NCBI GenBank assembly: GCA_039621445.1
Contig: CP154954.1
Location: 24,750,954-24,814,953 of the forward strand
From: Euglena gracilis
Lineage: Eukaryota
DNA length: 64,000 bases
Direction of reading: 5' to 3'
The first letter of the stretch is position 1. Each line of letters starts with the position of its first letter. A program made the position numbers and the translations under genes. The notes below the pieces were generated by a model that was not told the DNA's origin, did not search any database, and was given only the letters and a program-made list of their open reading frames with translations. Positions 26,783 to 39,800 of the stretch are shown in pieces.

Positions 26783-29700
26783 TCAATTGATCGGCGGTCT
26801 GCGCAGGCGGGCCTTCACAGTGTCGGTCAATGGCCGCTGGCCGGTCAGCGCCCCGCAGAGCTCGTTGGTGCGGGTCTGGCCGGGGGCAGGCGTTGGCACT
26901 TGCGCGGCGCCTGCAGGGGTAGGAATCTGTGGAGAAAACCTCAGGGGGTCCGACCCCCCCCCACCTGGGAGGTGGGGGAAGGGGTGGTCGGACCCTCCCC
27001 AGCATGGGCTTACCCCGATTTTACCTGGATTTACGATTTACCGGGATTTACGATTTACCCGGATTTTTCGGGATTCCAGGACCAATGTTTACCCTCCAAA
27101 GCAATATGCCGTCCCCCCCCCCCCGGCCCCGAGAGTCACGAGCCTGCATCCGAGTCTGCAAAGTCAACGACTGGCCATGCTCCCACTGCCAGAACTGCTT
27201 CCGCTCAAGGCCCTTCATGTGGATGCGTAGGTTGTACTCCCGGCACCTGAGAGGGGGTCGGGGAAGGAAGGGGCTGAATGATGAGGAAGAAAACAACCAA
27301 CGCATTTGAATTGGGGAGATGGAATGGGCTGAAAAGCACCCCCACCCCCGCCCGAAAAAAAAATGAAAATTCAAAAATCCGACAGGAGCAGTAGAGGAAT
27401 GATTCTGATAGGATGAGTGTGACAGCACATTAAAAACAGAGAGGTGGCCCATACCCTGTGCGGTCCTTCGGCTTGGAGCAGTCTGGGAAGTGCGTGGCGT
27501 TGAGGTTGATGAGCTCCGCAATGTCGGGGGGCCACCGGTAGCCCAAGGCTGCCACGTGGCCGTAGTGCACCTGCTGCAGGTGGACCGGGTGGCCCGCGTC
27601 GCCCAGCTTGCGCTCCACCCACTCGTGGCCTGTGTGGGACGCGCTGGCGAAGGGAGGGTATCTGTTGCACATCCTCAGGCCAACATTTCGTTCCTGCGGA
27701 GCTCGCATCCCCGCACAAGGGAGAACAAGAGAAAATAACACATCTACGGACCACATGGCAATGCATCTGGTGGAGAGCACCCCCCGACCAATTGCGACGT
27801 CACACACCGCAGGCCACCAACGTCACAAAAACGCGGCACTTTGTTTCTGTCGCGCCGCCACACCGGTGTGCTCCCAGTTGAAGAGGACGTAGTGCTTCAG
27901 CTTGCCCGGGCTGGTGATGTACGAGGCCGCCTCCGCCACCAGGCAGTTGCCCAGGGCCAGGCAGCTGAGGCCACGCCAGGGCCGGGCAGATCTGCTGACC
28001 CCCCCCCCCCGGCTCATCGGTCTGGGGGGACAAGCCGGATTTCCAGTGAGTCCAATCGCCACACGGCAAACATGGACAGAAGCGAAGTTAGCACCGGCCA
28101 TAAACAGACAAGAAGCCTTAGCTACTGAGGGAGGTCCAATGAGTCGGGGGGGGGGGGGCTACCGCCCCGCACCTCTTGTTCATTTGGGCCCGCTGGTCAT
28201 TCTTAACATCCCGTTTGTGAGCAGAGGCACCGATTTTGGGTCGAGATTCTCCTTTGGCACTGAAGGCGCCGAAGGAATTTCAGTTGGTCAATGCCATAAT
28301 GGGTGGAGCCGACCCCCCCTCCCCACCTCCCGGGAAGTCGACCACCCCCACCCGGCCTTTCCTTGCAGCCCTGCCCTGGGGTCCTGCCAACCCCTGGGAG
28401 CGGGCACCACCGGTCACTGGAAAAACGGGGGGAAGGGGTTCGGACTCACGTCTTACCCACCACCCGTTGTTGGGTTCCCAGAGTCCCGTCCAGCGCTGCG
28501 CCAGAGAGGGGTTTGGGGTTGAGTGGCGGTGGTCACCAAGCTCCGCTCATGGGACACCCACCCATGATTGCAGCACGGTGCCAAGGGGGGCGAAAGGGGG
28601 CCGAGTGGGGTCGATGGTCGGTCCTGGGCAGTAGCCCTGGCGGAGGTAGTACGAGATGTTGCGGGGGTTGAGGCCCCGGGCGTGGGTCGACGTGCGGTGG
28701 ACGGGGCGGTTCCATGTGCCGTCCGCGAACGCGCCGGAGGAGATCTGCACCGCCTGGATGTGCCAGTCGTACTGCGGACGGTGGGGGGAAGGCAGATCTG
28801 CGGTGGGCCCTCCTTCCGTTGACAGCAGAATGCGTGTGAGAGATGTAAACGGCTCAAAACGTCTGGTTTGGCTCATTTGTTTACCCATGGTGTTCGCACG
28901 CCATTGGTGTACTTTGGTGATTTTCGAAGTTAGTTACAAATTGATGGAGCCCAAGATGCACGAAATTATCTGAAGTTATCTGAAGTTTCCGCTCCGCTGG
29001 CACCGTACAGCACAGAACTCGCACTCAAGCATGCACGCATGCATGCATGCACGCTGAGTCGCCACCTCATCGCGCTCGTGATACCACGCGTAATTCAGGA
29101 TGATATTGAACTCCCCGTACGATCCCGTCTGCGGGTCATTGGTCGCCGCAAACACGCGGAAGGCCAAATCGAAACGGCTGACGTTGAGGCATCCCATGAT
29201 GTGCTTCCGCACGTTGGCAAATGTGGTTCGCTGGGAAACAACGTGTGGTGGCCAATGGAACTCCAATCGGGATACATTCGGCAGCATCATCGGATGCAAA
29301 AAAATCTCTTTGGGAATTTTTTTTTCGGCGGGTCTCCAAACAGTTTTTGTTTTGGAAATTATTATCCCCAGAGAAAATTGAAAAACTCTCCTTCTGAGGC
29401 CCATAGCCTTTTAGCAACATTTTACCCTCCGCGGGGGGGTCAAGTAGAAGCTTGGTAGCATCCCCAGCATTGTCAATCCCCAGCAAAGTCGGGGTTATTG
29501 ATTGGGATAGGGTTAGGGTTCCAACCGGACTCCCGTCGGGTCTCCCTTTTTGGAAATTTAGGGAGAGGTTAGGCCACATGGCAGACGAATTTTGGGGGAA
29601 TTTGGGTCGAATTCGGGCATTTTGGGGGGGGGGGTAAACGGGCGATTCCAAAATCTTCCCAAAACGGAACCCGACTTCCGGCCCAACTTTTGTCCTAAAA

Positions 29701-30819
29701 AGGGCCAATTTTCGGCCCGCCAATCCTAACCCTAACCCTATCCCTCAAATTAAGTGGGAAATCTCCCCGGATCCGACCGATTTGGGCCGGATCCGGCGCC
29801 GTTCCGGGGCCCCGCGGGGCCGAACCGGGGGGAACGTCGGACGCGGGGGATGCCACCCGGACCCCCCCCCTCTGGAGCTTCTCCTTGCCCCCCCCGGGGG
29901 GGGGGCAAATAAAATGTTGCTGCCAGCCAAACAATGCCCACGCACCCGGTCTTCCCAAAGATTTGAGAATTTCCTCTGGGTTTTGGTTTGCTGGTACTTT
30001 GGCTTAGAGCTCCAATAATTTTGCCATCCTTTGAAATTTAAAAAAAACCTCAACGATCGCATGGTGATCACCGGAACACCTTGCTTCCGGCGGCCACAGC
30101 CTCCCATTTTGTGCAAAACACAAGCTTTTTGTCTGTTTTGCATAGTTGATACATATTCTGTGAGCTCAAGTTGGAGATCAACATCAAACAATTGCACACA
30201 ACGTTAGAAACAAGGTGCAAATGATTGTTGACCATTGTGTGAATGATTGCTGAAATGAAGAGCGCTCGGATACGAAGCCTCTTCGATCCAGGTCAAAAAA
30301 CGGTTGATATCCCATCAGCAGAGGAGAAAAAAGAAAATAATAATGGCCTAAGGTAAGACACACGAACATTCAGGTTGGGAGGTTCACCTTGACATGGATG
30401 GGGAAAGTGAACATGAAATCTGCAACTTGTGGCTTGCACAATGCAGTACGTGTGGCCAATGCCCAGCGCTCTCTGAGGCAGACAAATGTGTAAACCCCCC
30501 CAACAGCAAAACCATCGCTATTTAGGAATTTGAAAAATGGAGGCTGGGGAAGGTGCAATTATTCGGAAATTACCTATTCATCTCTTTTGGGTTCGAAATT
30601 CAAGCAAACCTCTTTGTGAAAGTCACAGCTTGAGCCCAGGGACGACGTGTCTGAAATAGCTACTGCTTCAATTTCATTGGTCAATGGCGTAGCTTTCCGA
30701 TACAGATAAAAAAATGCTGTCGTTCTGCAGCTTCCAGAGGCAAAAACCTCAATTGCTTGCACTGACACGTTCCAAAGGAATTATTTGGAAGATAGATGTT
30801 TGTTTGCGTGTTGGTGTGG

Positions 30820-30864
<45 letters not shown>

Positions 30865-33822
30865 TTAAAAAAACAGACAGTTTGGTGGTGTCCTTCAGAT
30901 AATCCCTGACAACCACAAAACAAACATTGACGCCTCAGGCAGATAAAGTCGCATGCAGGCTTTTAACGGTGAAAGCAGATTCTAGCCTTCAGATATTGCA
31001 AAATCCAACGACCTCATTCATTTTAATCATCCCCCAGGTTGTTGCTTTCTTTTGTTTCTTTTGCCAAATGCTCAGAACTAATCAACACCCGATCTTGCGG
31101 GGGTTAATGGCCAAGCAATTTCAGCCACCACAGTGCGCGCCTGCAACCAGCGTCCACACACAACAAGCTCATTTATATTATAAAAACCTCAGGGTGTTTA
31201 GAAACTGAGATCTAGCCTCAGAAAAGGCCTCAGAAAACAGTCAGCCAGCAACAAAAAAACATATGTCAAATGAGAGACACCAAAAAATTGGGCTGGAATG
31301 GGTAAAGACCCACATCTTTGAGGAAAATGTTGATCCCTGTAATATCAACCTGTCCATAACACAGCAAAAGAAATGAGAGAAGCTGGGAAATACTTCTGGT
31401 ATGGAGTATGCTTGCCAATGATGATGGGTCGCTTTTGAGCGTCGAACAGAGACTGCGGGGTCACCACCATAGATTCACTTGGAAACACCACCTGGGGGGG
31501 GACAGTTTTCCACGCCCAGCCCACCCCCACCCCCACCCCCACCGTTCTTTTTTTTATATGAAAACTCAGCCACACACGACCCACCCAAAACCCACCTATG
31601 CGGCCCGGCTGGACTGACCCATGGCACGGAGGGGGGGGGGGTCCAATGGCCCCCCCCCCACTCTCAACCCCCCACGACACACAATCCAGTGTTAAATGAA
31701 TCTATGGTCACCACCGAAACAAACAAACTATCGTTATCCAGGAATCCAATCACCTGCAGACCGGCAAGGAATATTAGCGTTGAACTCCAAAATGCATCTG
31801 TTGAATGAGTCTCTGCCTTTCTTGAAAGGTGATATGCAAAAAAAAGCTGTGTGTATGCATATTTATGCACGTATGAATGCTGTGTGTACTATATAATACA
31901 TGCACACACATTCTCATGATACACTGATAAATGTGTTTTGTCATACCTGCCCCCCAAGCCCAATGAACACCAAATGAGAATCCAGATGCGCTCTGGACGG
32001 GGGACGTTCATTGGTCATAAATTGCTAGGGCATGTGTATTGCTGTAAAAAAAAAATGACAAACTAGACGGTTCGGACCCCCTGTTCATTGGGCCAGGGGG
32101 TTCATTGGACATTAGGGGGGGAGGTTACCCCTTGAGTGTTGTTAGAAAGTCGCCCGGGGGTTCAACATGAAGGGTCAGCCTCAAGCAAGGAAAACCCAGC
32201 ATCAACAGTATGGCAAAATGGTTGAGGGTTTTTCAGAGCCAAAAAAAATTCCTAACCTTTGAGAAATTCCAGCGAAATAATGGAGAGAAGAAGGGAGATA
32301 ATGAAGAGCAATATGACGCAAATCAAACCTCAGCGTCGGTGTGGGTGTCGGCAAAGAACCGGTTGCAGGCTCTTTAGAGCTGGGATCTGCTCCTCCTCAG
32401 GGTTCAACCAAAAAGAGATTGGTGGGGGGTCGGAGTCCCCTCCGGTGAATAAGGGGGGGGGGGTTCCTCAACGAGAACAGTGGCGCGTCTAGCAAGAAGC
32501 ACAAGACCAAAAAAAGTTACCCCCCAAAATCGACCCATGGTGCCATTTCAGACACTTTCACTTTGCCAAAATCAAAAAAATTCGCCGTAAAGCACCAGGA
32601 AAAAAATTGACCTGTTTGTAGGGTTCAGATACCCCTTGGGGGTGCGACCGAGGCCCCCTTGGCAGGGGAGGGGGTGGTAACCCCCCCCCCTGCAGTCAAG
32701 GAGATACTTCCCGCCTAAAGCCACAACACTCTCATTATATCGAACCCTGCTCCTCCCATTCTCATATCCTTCCAATCGTCTTCGTTTGTCAATCGTTCTG
32801 GAGTGGTCTTCCACAATACAATTACTAATTTCCAGCGTCCTTTTTTAAAAAAGGTGCCTGATCGAGACCACTGTTGTCGGTCGTAGCCTTTTCCGCGACC
32901 ACAGATCCCTCCTGTTGGGCAACATGATACCTGAGTTGTTCTCACCCTCACCGTCAAACTCCAAATCCCCCCTCACTCTGAACCATCCATCCTTAAAAGA
33001 CGAAATCACGATGCAGAAGCGCTCACCAAGACACCGGTGTATGTCTTTCTCTGAAAAGGGTGTCACTGCAGGGTAGTTGGGCTCCATGCCTGGAAAGGTC
33101 GCAGGGTCCTCCGGTAACTGCTCGTAGATCACCTTGGGGAAGGGGTAGAGGGGGGCAGGCTTCAGCCCCAAGGCTGGGCGGGGGGATCTGCAAAGCATGA
33201 CGAGGGATATCCGAAATGAATGTGATTCTTTCATTTCATACACACAGACACACAGACACACACAACACAACAACACACAGACACACACAACACACACATA
33301 CAAACGAATACACACACACACAAATTCACACACACAAATTCACAGACAAATAGACACACAATCAAATACACACACAAACACCCACACAAAAAACTCAGAG
33401 GGGAGTTCCCGAGGCCTGGGCGGCAGCCATGGCATTCCCGAAGCGGTGCTCCTCCTGGCGCTCGTCATCCAGCACCAGGATGAAGTCGCCGTACTCCTTC
33501 GGCCAAAAGATGCGCATGCTGAGGCAAAAGGACGGGCAAAGCACCGGGTCAATGCTACAGAACATGGGATGCATTGGGGCACTGGTGTATGCAGGCTTCT
33601 TTTTAAGACCCCCGGGGGGGGGGGAGGGGGGGGGTCCCCCCCCACCCACCAAGGGTGGCGCGGGACCCCCCCCCCCGGGGTTTGGGTTTGGGTTTGCTTT
33701 GCCCTGCTGACGCGCAGTGCCCACGGTCAGCAGACCCAGCGTGAGTGCCAGGCCAGCTTCCGTGGGGCACACCCAGGGCCCGGGCACACTTGAACACCAG
33801 AGCAGGAAACTGTGACATCCAG
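26783..33822 (-). CDS. Uncharacterised GT-A-fold glycosyltransferase-like protein (DxD-type motif); 5' exons lie beyond the satellite
   Basis: Spliced reading: LDVTVSCSGVQV (33822-33786); SWALRV (33725-33708); ICLSMRIFWPKEYGDFILVLDDERQEEHRFGNAMAA (33528-33422); LYPFPKVIYEQ (~33150-33090); RGKGYDRQQWS (~32912-32864); QLFFAYHLSRK (~31848-31811); VIGFLDNDSLFVSVV (~31754-31710); TPQSLFDAQKRPIIIG (~31462-31416); ERWALATRTALCKPQVADFMFTFPIHVK (~30475-30388); RTTF...YGEFNIILNYAWYHERDE (29230-29066); YDWHIQ...GY (28771-28630); then exons ~27944-27864, ~27629-27455, ~27246-27140 and ~26910-26783 (stop). The fold assignment is inferred from GYDRQQ plus hydrophobic strand-D-x-D. Confidence 0.7.
29504..29744. 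mobile_element. Short element with telomere-repeat-like TIRs
   Basis: Perfect 17-bp inverted ends GGGATAGGGTTAGGGTT / AACCCTAACCCTATCCC, inside the GT-AG intron 30387-29231. Confidence 0.55.
30825..30862. repeat. (TG)n microsatellite
   Basis: Direct reading. Confidence 0.95.
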
Positions 33823-33891
33823 CAGCCCAGCAGCCCAGCAGCCCAGCAGCCCAGAAGGCTTCAGGAGAGGAGTGCAAGCATGCCCATGAAG

Positions 33892-36800
33892 GACTTGTTG
33901 GACAGCCCCAGAAGAAAATCGGTCGGATGAACACCACAGACTTGATGGACAGCGCCAGAAGAAGTTCGGTCGGATGAACACCACAGACTTGTTGAACAGC
34001 CCCAGAAGAGGTTCGGTCGGATGAACACCACAGACTTGTTGAACAGCCCCAGAAGAAGTTCGGTCGGATGAACACCACAGACTTGTTGGACAGCCCCAGA
34101 AGAAGATCGGTCGGATGAACACCACAGACTTGTTGAACAGCGCCAGAAGAAGTTCGGTCGGATGAACACCACAGACTTGTTGGACAGCGCCAGAAGAAAT
34201 TCGGTCGGATGAACACCACAGACTTGTTGAACAGCCCCAGAAGAAGTTCGGTCGGATGAACACCACAGACTTGTTGAACAGCCCCAGAAGAAGTTCGGTC
34301 GGATGAACACCACAGACTTGTTGGACAGCCCCAGAAGAAGTTCGGTCGGATGAACACCACAGACTTGTTGAACAGCCCCAGAAGAAGTTCGGTCGGATGA
34401 ACACCACAGACTTGTTGGACAGCCCCAGAAGAAGTTCGGTCGGATGAACACCACAGACTTGTTGGACAGCCCCAGAAGAAGTTCGGTCGGATGAACACCA
34501 CAGACTTGTTGGACAGCCCCAGAAGAAGTTCGGTCGGATGAACACCACAGACTTGTTGGACAGCCCCAGAAGAAGTTCGGTTCGGATGAACACCACAGAC
34601 TTGTTGGACAGCCCCAGAAGAAGTTCGGTCGGATGAACACCACAGACTTGTTGAACAGCCCCAGAAGAAGTTCGGTCGGATGAACACCACAGACTTGTTG
34701 AACAGCCCCAGAAGAAGTTCGGTCGGATGAACACCACAGACTTGTTGGACAGCCCCAGAAGAAGTTCGGTCGGATGAACACCACAGACTTGTTGGACAGC
34801 CCCAGAAGAAGTTCGGTCGGATGAACACCACAGACTTGTTGGACAGCCCCAGAAGAAGTTCGGTCGGATGAACACCACAGACTTGTTGGCCCCAGAAGAA
34901 GTTCGTTCGGATGAATCCCCCCCCCCCTCACCCCCCACCCCCCCCCCCCCCCCCCCCTCCCCCCCCTCCCCCCCCTCCCCCCCCCTCCTCCCCCCCACCC
35001 CCCCCACCCCCTCGCCCCCCCCAGAAGAAGTTCGGTCGGATGAACACCACAGACTTGTTGGACAGCCCCAGAAGAAGTTCGGTCGGATGAACACCACAGA
35101 CTTGTTGAACAGCCCAGAAGAAGTTCGGTCGGATGAACACCACAGACTTGTTGGACAGCCCCAGAAGAAGTTCGGTCGGATGAACACCACAGACTTGTTG
35201 ACAGCCCCAGAAGAAGTTCGATCGGATAAACACCACATACTTGTTGGACTGCCCCAGAAGAAGTTCGGTCGGATGAACACCACAGACTTGTTGGACAGCC
35301 CCAGAAGAAGTTCGGTCGGATGAACACCACAGACTTGTTGGACAGCCCCAGAAGAAGTTCGGTCGGATGAACACCACAGACTTGTTGGACAGCCCCAGAA
35401 GAAGTTCGGTCGGATGAACACCACAGACTTGTTGGACAGCCCCAGAAGAAGTTCGGTCGGATGAACACCACAGACTTGTTGGACAGCCCCAGAAGAAGTT
35501 CGGTCGGATGAACACCACAGACTTGTTGGACAGCCCCAGAAGAAGTTCGGTCGGATGAACACCACAGACTTGTTGGACAGCCCCAGAAGAAGTGCGGTCG
35601 GATGAACACCGCCCCCAGAAGGACCACAGACTTGTTGGACCGCGCCAGAACAGACTTGTTGGAACAGCCTTGAGATAAAACGGGCCAGAAGAAGTTCGGT
35701 CGGATGAACACCACAGACTTGTTGAACAGCCCCAGAAGAAGTTCGGTCGGATGAACACCACAGACTTGTTGGACAGCCCCAGAAGAAGTTCGGTCGGATG
35801 AACACCACAGACTTGTTGAACAGCCCCAGAAGAAGTTCGGTCGGATGAACACCACAGACTTGTTGGACAGCGCCAGAAGAAGTTCGGTCGGATGAACACC
35901 ACAGACTTGTTGGACAGCCCCAGAAGAAGTTCGGTCGGATGAACACCACAGACTTGTTGGACAGACCCAGAAGTTCGGTCCGATGAACACCACATACTCG
36001 TTGCACAGCCCCAGTAGAAGTTCGGTCGGATGAACACCACAGACTTGTTGGGAAGAAGTTCGGTCGGATGAACACCACAGACTTGTTGGACAGCCCCAGA
36101 AGAAGTTCGGTCGGATGAACACCACAGACTTGTTGAACAGCCCCAGAAGAAGTTCGGTCGGATGAACACCACAGACTTGTTGGACAGCCCCAGAAGAAGT
36201 TCGGTCGGATGAACACCACAGACTTGTTGGACAGCCCCCTTACAAGTTCGGTCGGATGAACACCACAGACTTGTTGAACAGCCCCAGAAGAAGTTCGGTC
36301 GGATGAACACCACAGACTTGTTGAACAGCCCCAGAAGAAGTTCGGTCGGATGAACACCACAGACTTGTTGAACAGCCCCAGAAGAAGTTCGGTCGCATGA
36401 AAACCACAGACCTGTTGGACAGCCCCAGAAGAAGTTCGGTCGGATGAACACCACAGACTTGTTGAACAGCCCCAGAAGAAGTTCGGTCGGAGGAACACCA
36501 CAGACTTGTTGGACAGCCCCAGAAGAAGTTCGGTCGGATGAACACCACAGACTTGTTGGACAGCCCCAGAAGAAGTTCGGTCGGATGAACACCACAGACT
36601 TGTTGGACAGCCCCAGAAGAAGTTCGGTCGGATGAACACCACAGACTTGTTGGACAGCCCCAGAAGAAGTTCGGTCGGATGAACACCACAGACTTGTTGG
36701 ACAGCCCCAGAAGAAGTTCGGTCGGATGAACACCACAGACTTGTTGGACAGCCCCAGAAGAAGTTCGGTCGGATGAACACCACAGACTTGTTGGACAGCT

Positions 36801-39800
36801 CCAGAAGAAGTTCGGTCGGATGAACACCACAGACTTGTTGAACAGCCCCAGAAGAAGTTCGGTCGGATGAACACCACAGACTTGTTGGACAGCCCCAGAA
36901 TGAGTTCGGTCGGATGAACACCACAGACTTGTTGGACAGCCCCAGAAGAAGTTCGGTCGGATGAACACCACAGACTTGTTGAACAGCCCCAGAAGAAGTT
37001 CGGTCGGATGAACACCACAGACTTGTTGGACAGCCCCAGAAGAAGTTCGGTCGGATGAACACCACAGACTTGTTGGACAGCCCCAGAAGAAGTTCGGTCG
37101 GATGAACACCACAGACTTGTTGGACAGCCCCAGAAGAAGTTCGGTCGGATGAACACCACAGACTTGTTGGACAGCCCCAGAAGAAGTTCGGTCGGATGAA
37201 CACCACAGACTTGTTGGACAGCCCCAGAAGAAGTTCGGTCGGATGAACACCACAGACTTGTTGCACAGCCCCAGAAGAAGTTCGGTCGGATGAACACCAC
37301 AGACTTGTTGGACAGCCCCAGAAGAAGTTCGGTCGGATGAACACCACAGACTTGTTGGACAGCCCCAGAAGAAGTTCGGTCGGATGAACACCACAGACTT
37401 GTTGGACAGCCCCAGAAGAAGTTCGGTCGGATGAACACCACAGACTTGTTGGACAGCCCCAGAAGAAGTTCGGTCGGATGAACACCACAGACTTGTTGGA
37501 CCCAGAAGAAGTTCGGTCGGATGAACACCACAGACTGGTTGGACAGCCCCAGAAGGAGTTCGGTCGGATGAACACCACAGACTTGTTGGACAGCCCAGAA
37601 GAAGTTCGGTCGGATGAACACCACAGACTTGTTGGACAGCCCCAGAAGAAGTTCGGTCGGATGAACACCACAGACTTGTTGGACAGCCCCAGAAGAAGTT
37701 CGGTCGGATGAACACCACAGACTTGTTGGACAGCCCCAGAAGAAGTTCGGTCGGATGAACACCACAGACTTGTTGGACAGCCCCAGAAGAGGTTCAGTCG
37801 GATGAACACAACAGACTTGTTAAACAGCGCAAGAAGAAATTCGGTCGGATGAACACCACTGACTTGTTGGACAGCCCCAGAAGAAGTTCGGTCGGATGAA
37901 CACCACAGACTTGTTGGACAGCCCCAGAAGAAGTTCGGTCGGATGAACACCACAGACTTGTTGGACAGCGCCAGAAGAAGTTCGGTCGGATGAACACCAC
38001 AGACTTGTTGAACAGCGCCAGAAGAAGTTCGGTCGGATGAACACCACAGACTTGTTGGACAGCCCCAGAAGAAGTTCGGTCGGATGAACACCACAGACTT
38101 GTTGGACAGCGCCAGAAGAAGTTCGGTCGGATGAACACCACAGACTTGTTGGACAGCCCCAGAAGAAGTTCGGTCGGATGAACACCACAGACTTGTTGAA
38201 CAGCCCCAGAAGAAGTTCGGTCGGATGAACACCACAGACTTGTTGGACAGCCCCAGAAGAAGTTCGGTCGGATGAACACCACAGACTTGTTGGACAGCCC
38301 CAGAAGAAGTTCGGTCGGATGAACACCACAGACTTGTTGGACAGCCCCAGAAGAAGTTCGGTCGGATGAACACCACAGACTTGTTGGACAGCCCCAGAAG
38401 ACCACAGACTTCGGTCGGATGAACACCACAGACTTGTTGGACAGCGCCAGAAGAAGTTCGGTCGGATGAACACCACAGACTTGTTGAACAGCCCCAGAAG
38501 AAGTTCGGTCGGATGAACACCACAGACTTGTTGAACAGCCCCAGAAGAAGTTCGGTCGGATGAACACCACAGACTTGTTGGACAGCCCCAGAAGACCACA
38601 GACTTGTTGGAAAGCGCCAGAAGAAGTTCGGTCGGATGAACACCACAGACTTGTTGAACAGCCCCAGAAGAAGTTCGGTCGGATGAACACCACAAACTTT
38701 TTGAATGGCCCCAGAAAAAGTTCGGTCGGATGAACACCACAGACTTGTTCTTCAGACCCAGAAGAAGTTCGGTCGGATGAACACCACAGACTTGTTGGAC
38801 AGCCCCAGAAGGAGTTCGGTCGGATGAACACCACAGACTTGTTGGACAGCGCCAGAAGAAGTTCGGTCGGATGAACACCACAGACTTGTTGACAAGCCCA
38901 GAAGAGTTCGGTCGGATGAACACCACAGCCTTGTTGAACAGCGCCAGAAGAAGTTCGGTCGGATGAACACCACAGACTTGTTGGACAGCCCCAGAAGAAG
39001 TTCGGTCGGATGAACACCACAGACTTTCGGTCGGATGAACACCACAGACTTGTTGGACAGCCCCAGAAGAAGTTCGGTCGGATGAACACCACAGACTTGT
39101 TGGACAGCCCCAGAAGAAGTTCGGTCGGATGAACACCACAGACTTGTTGGACAGCGCCAGAAGAAGTTCGGTCGGATGAACACCACAGACTTGTTGAACA
39201 GCCCCAGAAGAAGTTCGGTCGGATGAACACCACAGACTTGTTGGACAGCCCCAGAAGAGGTTCGGTCGGATGAACACCACAGACTTGTTGGACAGCGCCA
39301 GAAGAAGTTCGGTCGGATGAACACCACAGCCTTGTTGAACAGCGCCAGAAGAAGTTCGGTCGGATGAACACCACAGACTTGTTGGACAGCCCCAGAAGAA
39401 GTTCGGTCGGATGAACACCACAGACTTGTTGGACAGCCCCAGAAGAAGTTCGGTCGGATGAACACCACAGACTTGTTGGACAGCCCCAGAAGAAGTTCGG
39501 TCGGATGAACACCACAGACTTGTGGAACAGCCCCAGAAGAAGTTCGGTCGGATGAACACCACAGACTTGTTGGACAGCCCCAGAAGAAGTTCGGTCGGAT
39601 GAACACCACAGACTTGTTGGACAGCCCCAGAAGAAGTTCGGTCGGATGAACACCACAGACTTGTTGGACAGCCCCAGAAGAGGTTCGGTCGGATGAACAC
39701 CACAGACTTGTTGGACAGCCCCAGAAGAAGTTCGGTCGGATGAACACCACAGACTTGTTGGACAGCACCAGAAGAAGTTCGTTCGGATGAACACCACAGA

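Noticed and set aside
33678-33695. GGGTTT x3 as an interstitial telomere
   Set aside because: Too short, not TTAGGG, and likely the edge of a small intronic repeat.
34918-35022. Poly-C tract giving Pro-rich/Gly-rich ORFs
   Set aside because: Low-complexity interruption, quite possibly a long-read or consensus error; no functional support.
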